Part shown: piece after piece, positions 62,753 to 63,794 of the stretch
Position numbering within the stretch: position 1 is the first letter of the stretch
Layout of the letters: each line of letters starts with the position of its first letter
From: an uncultured Acidaminococcales bacterium
Lineage (GTDB): Bacteria > Bacillota > Negativicutes > Acidaminococcales > JAISLQ01
Length of the DNA stretch: 63,794 bases
Direction of reading: 5' to 3'
Assembly (NCBI GenBank): GCA_964551985.1
Contig: CAZKFG010000004.1
Coordinates: forward strand, 1 to 63,794
Translations under genes and position numbers: made by a program
The notes under the pieces: generated by a model
The model's input: the letters and a program-made list of their open reading frames with translations, nothing else
Database searches by the model: none
What the model was told of the DNA's origin: nothing

Positions 62753-63794
62753 ATGGATGTATTTTTTCAGGCAATATTAGATTTTTTTGCCGACTCAGGT
62801 TTCACAGGATTAAACGTAAAATATCTTATTATGATAGCGGTAGCTTTGGTGTTTATGTACTTAGCTATAGTAAAAGAGTATGAACCACTATTGTTAGTGC
62901 CAATTTCTTTTGGTATGCTACTAACAAACTTACCAAATACTGGTATAATGAATCCTCATGTTTCAGAAACACACACAGTAGGCGGACTACTTTGGTATCT
63001 ATACCAAGGTGACGAATTAGGAATATTCCCACCACTAATCTTTATGGGTGTAGGAGCGCTTACAGATTTTGCTCCACTAATTGCAAACCCATCTAGTATC
63101 TTCTTGGGAGCAGCAGCACAATTTGGTGTGTTCATAGCTTTTATAGGTGCATTATTCTTAGGCTTTACACCAGGACAAGCAGCATCAATCGGTATTATTG
63201 GTGGCGCAGATGGTCCTACATCAATATACTTGGCAACAAAATTAGCTCCAGAACTACTTGCTGCTATTGCAGTATCAGCGTACTCATACATGTCATTAGT
63301 GCCAATCATTCAACCACCAATCATGAAATTATTAACAACAAAAGCGGAACGCGGCATAGTAATGGAACAACTAAGACCAGTAAGTACAAAAGAAAGAATT
63401 ATATTCCCTATCGTATGTACAATTGTGGCATCATTATTAGTGCCAAGCGCAGCACCACTAATTGGTATGCTAATGTTAGGTAACTTATTTAGAGAATGTG
63501 GCGTAGTTGCTAACTTAGCAAGAACAGCATCAGATGCTCTAATGTATATAGTAACAATTTTCATCGGTATCACAGTTGGTGCAACAGCAACAGCAGAAGC
63601 ATTCTTAAATGGTCAAACATTGGGAATACTTGGATTAGGTCTAGTAGCATTTGCATTTTCCACAGTAGGTGGCGTAATATTAGGAAAAATTATGTGTATT
63701 ATGTCAGGTGGTAAAATCAACCCACTAATAGGCTCAGCTGGTGTATCAGCAGTACCAATGGCAGCACGTGTATCACAAAAAGTAGGACAAGAAG
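62753..63794 (+). CDS. Na+-translocating decarboxylase beta subunit (OadB/MmdB/GcdB family), 3'-truncated by the window end
   Basis: RBS GGAGGA. Open frame to the window end. Motifs GALTDFAPLIANP, LGAAAQFG, IGIIGGADGPTSIY, YSYMSLVPIIQPPIMK, NPLIGSAGVSAVPMAARV. Confidence 0.9.
   Translation, partial: MDVFFQAILDFFADSGFTGLNVKYLIMIAVALVFMYLAIVKEYEPLLLVPISFGMLLTNLPNTGIMNPHVSETHTVGGLLWYLYQGDELGIFPPLIFMGVGALTDFAPLIANPSSIFLGAAAQFGVFIAFIGALFLGFTPGQAASIGIIGGADGPTSIYLATKLAPELLAAIAVSAYSYMSLVPIIQPPIMKLLTTKAERGIVMEQLRPVSTKERIIFPIVCTIVASLLVPSAAPLIGMLMLGNLFRECGVVANLARTASDALMYIVTIFIGITVGATATAEAFLNGQTLGILGLGLVAFAFSTVGGVILGKIMCIMSGGKINPLIGSAGVSAVPMAARVSQKVGQE

Noticed and set aside
62956-63573. Two minus-strand ORFs (117 and 87 aa)
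   Set aside because: They are antisense shadows of the plus-strand Na+-decarboxylase beta-subunit gene, which matches family motifs along its whole length.
1-63794. Mobile elements, prophage genes, CRISPR arrays, tRNA/rRNA genes, long direct repeats
   Set aside because: None were recognised by eye. There are no transposase, integrase or Cas-like translations in the ORF track, no regularly spaced repeats, and no cloverleaf-like segments in intergenic regions. I cannot exclude short dispersed repeats without a computational self-comparison.

Overview
AT-rich, tightly packed bacterial chromosomal segment with about 65 protein genes. I saw no rRNA, tRNA, CRISPR array, transposase or integrase. 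All protein calls come from reading the supplied translations against remembered family motifs, and no searches were run. The dominant feature is an outer-membrane/LPS biogenesis supercluster of the kind known from diderm Firmicutes (Negativicutes-like). It contains SLH-domain OmpM porins (one truncated at the window start, one at 19205-20545) and the lipid A genes lpxC-fabZ-lpxA-lpxI-lpxB-msbA. It also contains a single-ORF waaA(kdtA)-lpxK fusion, kdsB-kdsA-kdsD-kdsC, two LpxL-type late acyltransferases, and lptC-lptA-lptB with a single lptF/G-type permease. These are followed by a coiled-coil membrane protein and a RuvX-like nuclease. After an 8-kb interruption (uspA, ddh, a Zn-ribbon/DUF4145 gene, tcdA, cysE) come lptD, the ADP-heptose pathway (gmhA, hldE, hldD, gmhB) and two GT9 heptosyltransferases. 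The right half is metabolic and accessory. It holds rubrerythrin, a sugar-nucleotide operon (PMM/PGM, a degenerate ManC-like gene, galU, pgi, a LuxR-type regulator) and an ABC-F ATPase. Next come a MerR regulator flanked by DUF362 and flavodiiron genes, an HlyD/ABC-2 exporter, and an atoE-atoDA-thiolase operon with a PucR regulator. The window ends with an orphan CbiM-PDGLE protein, an MBL hydrolase, an orphan solute-binding lipoprotein, lplA, lrgAB with a DcuS/CitA-type kinase, and a Na+-decarboxylase gamma/beta pair running off the window end. The items most worth follow-up are listed here. (1) The uncharacterised genes embedded in the OM cluster. (2) An orphan promoter-terminator unit upstream of lptD that could be an sRNA or an attenuator. 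(3) Twin 19-bp-spacer MerR-type promoters. (4) A ManC paralogue with eroded catalytic motifs. (5) The waaA-lpxK fusion. (6) Two real genes that the ORF track misses.
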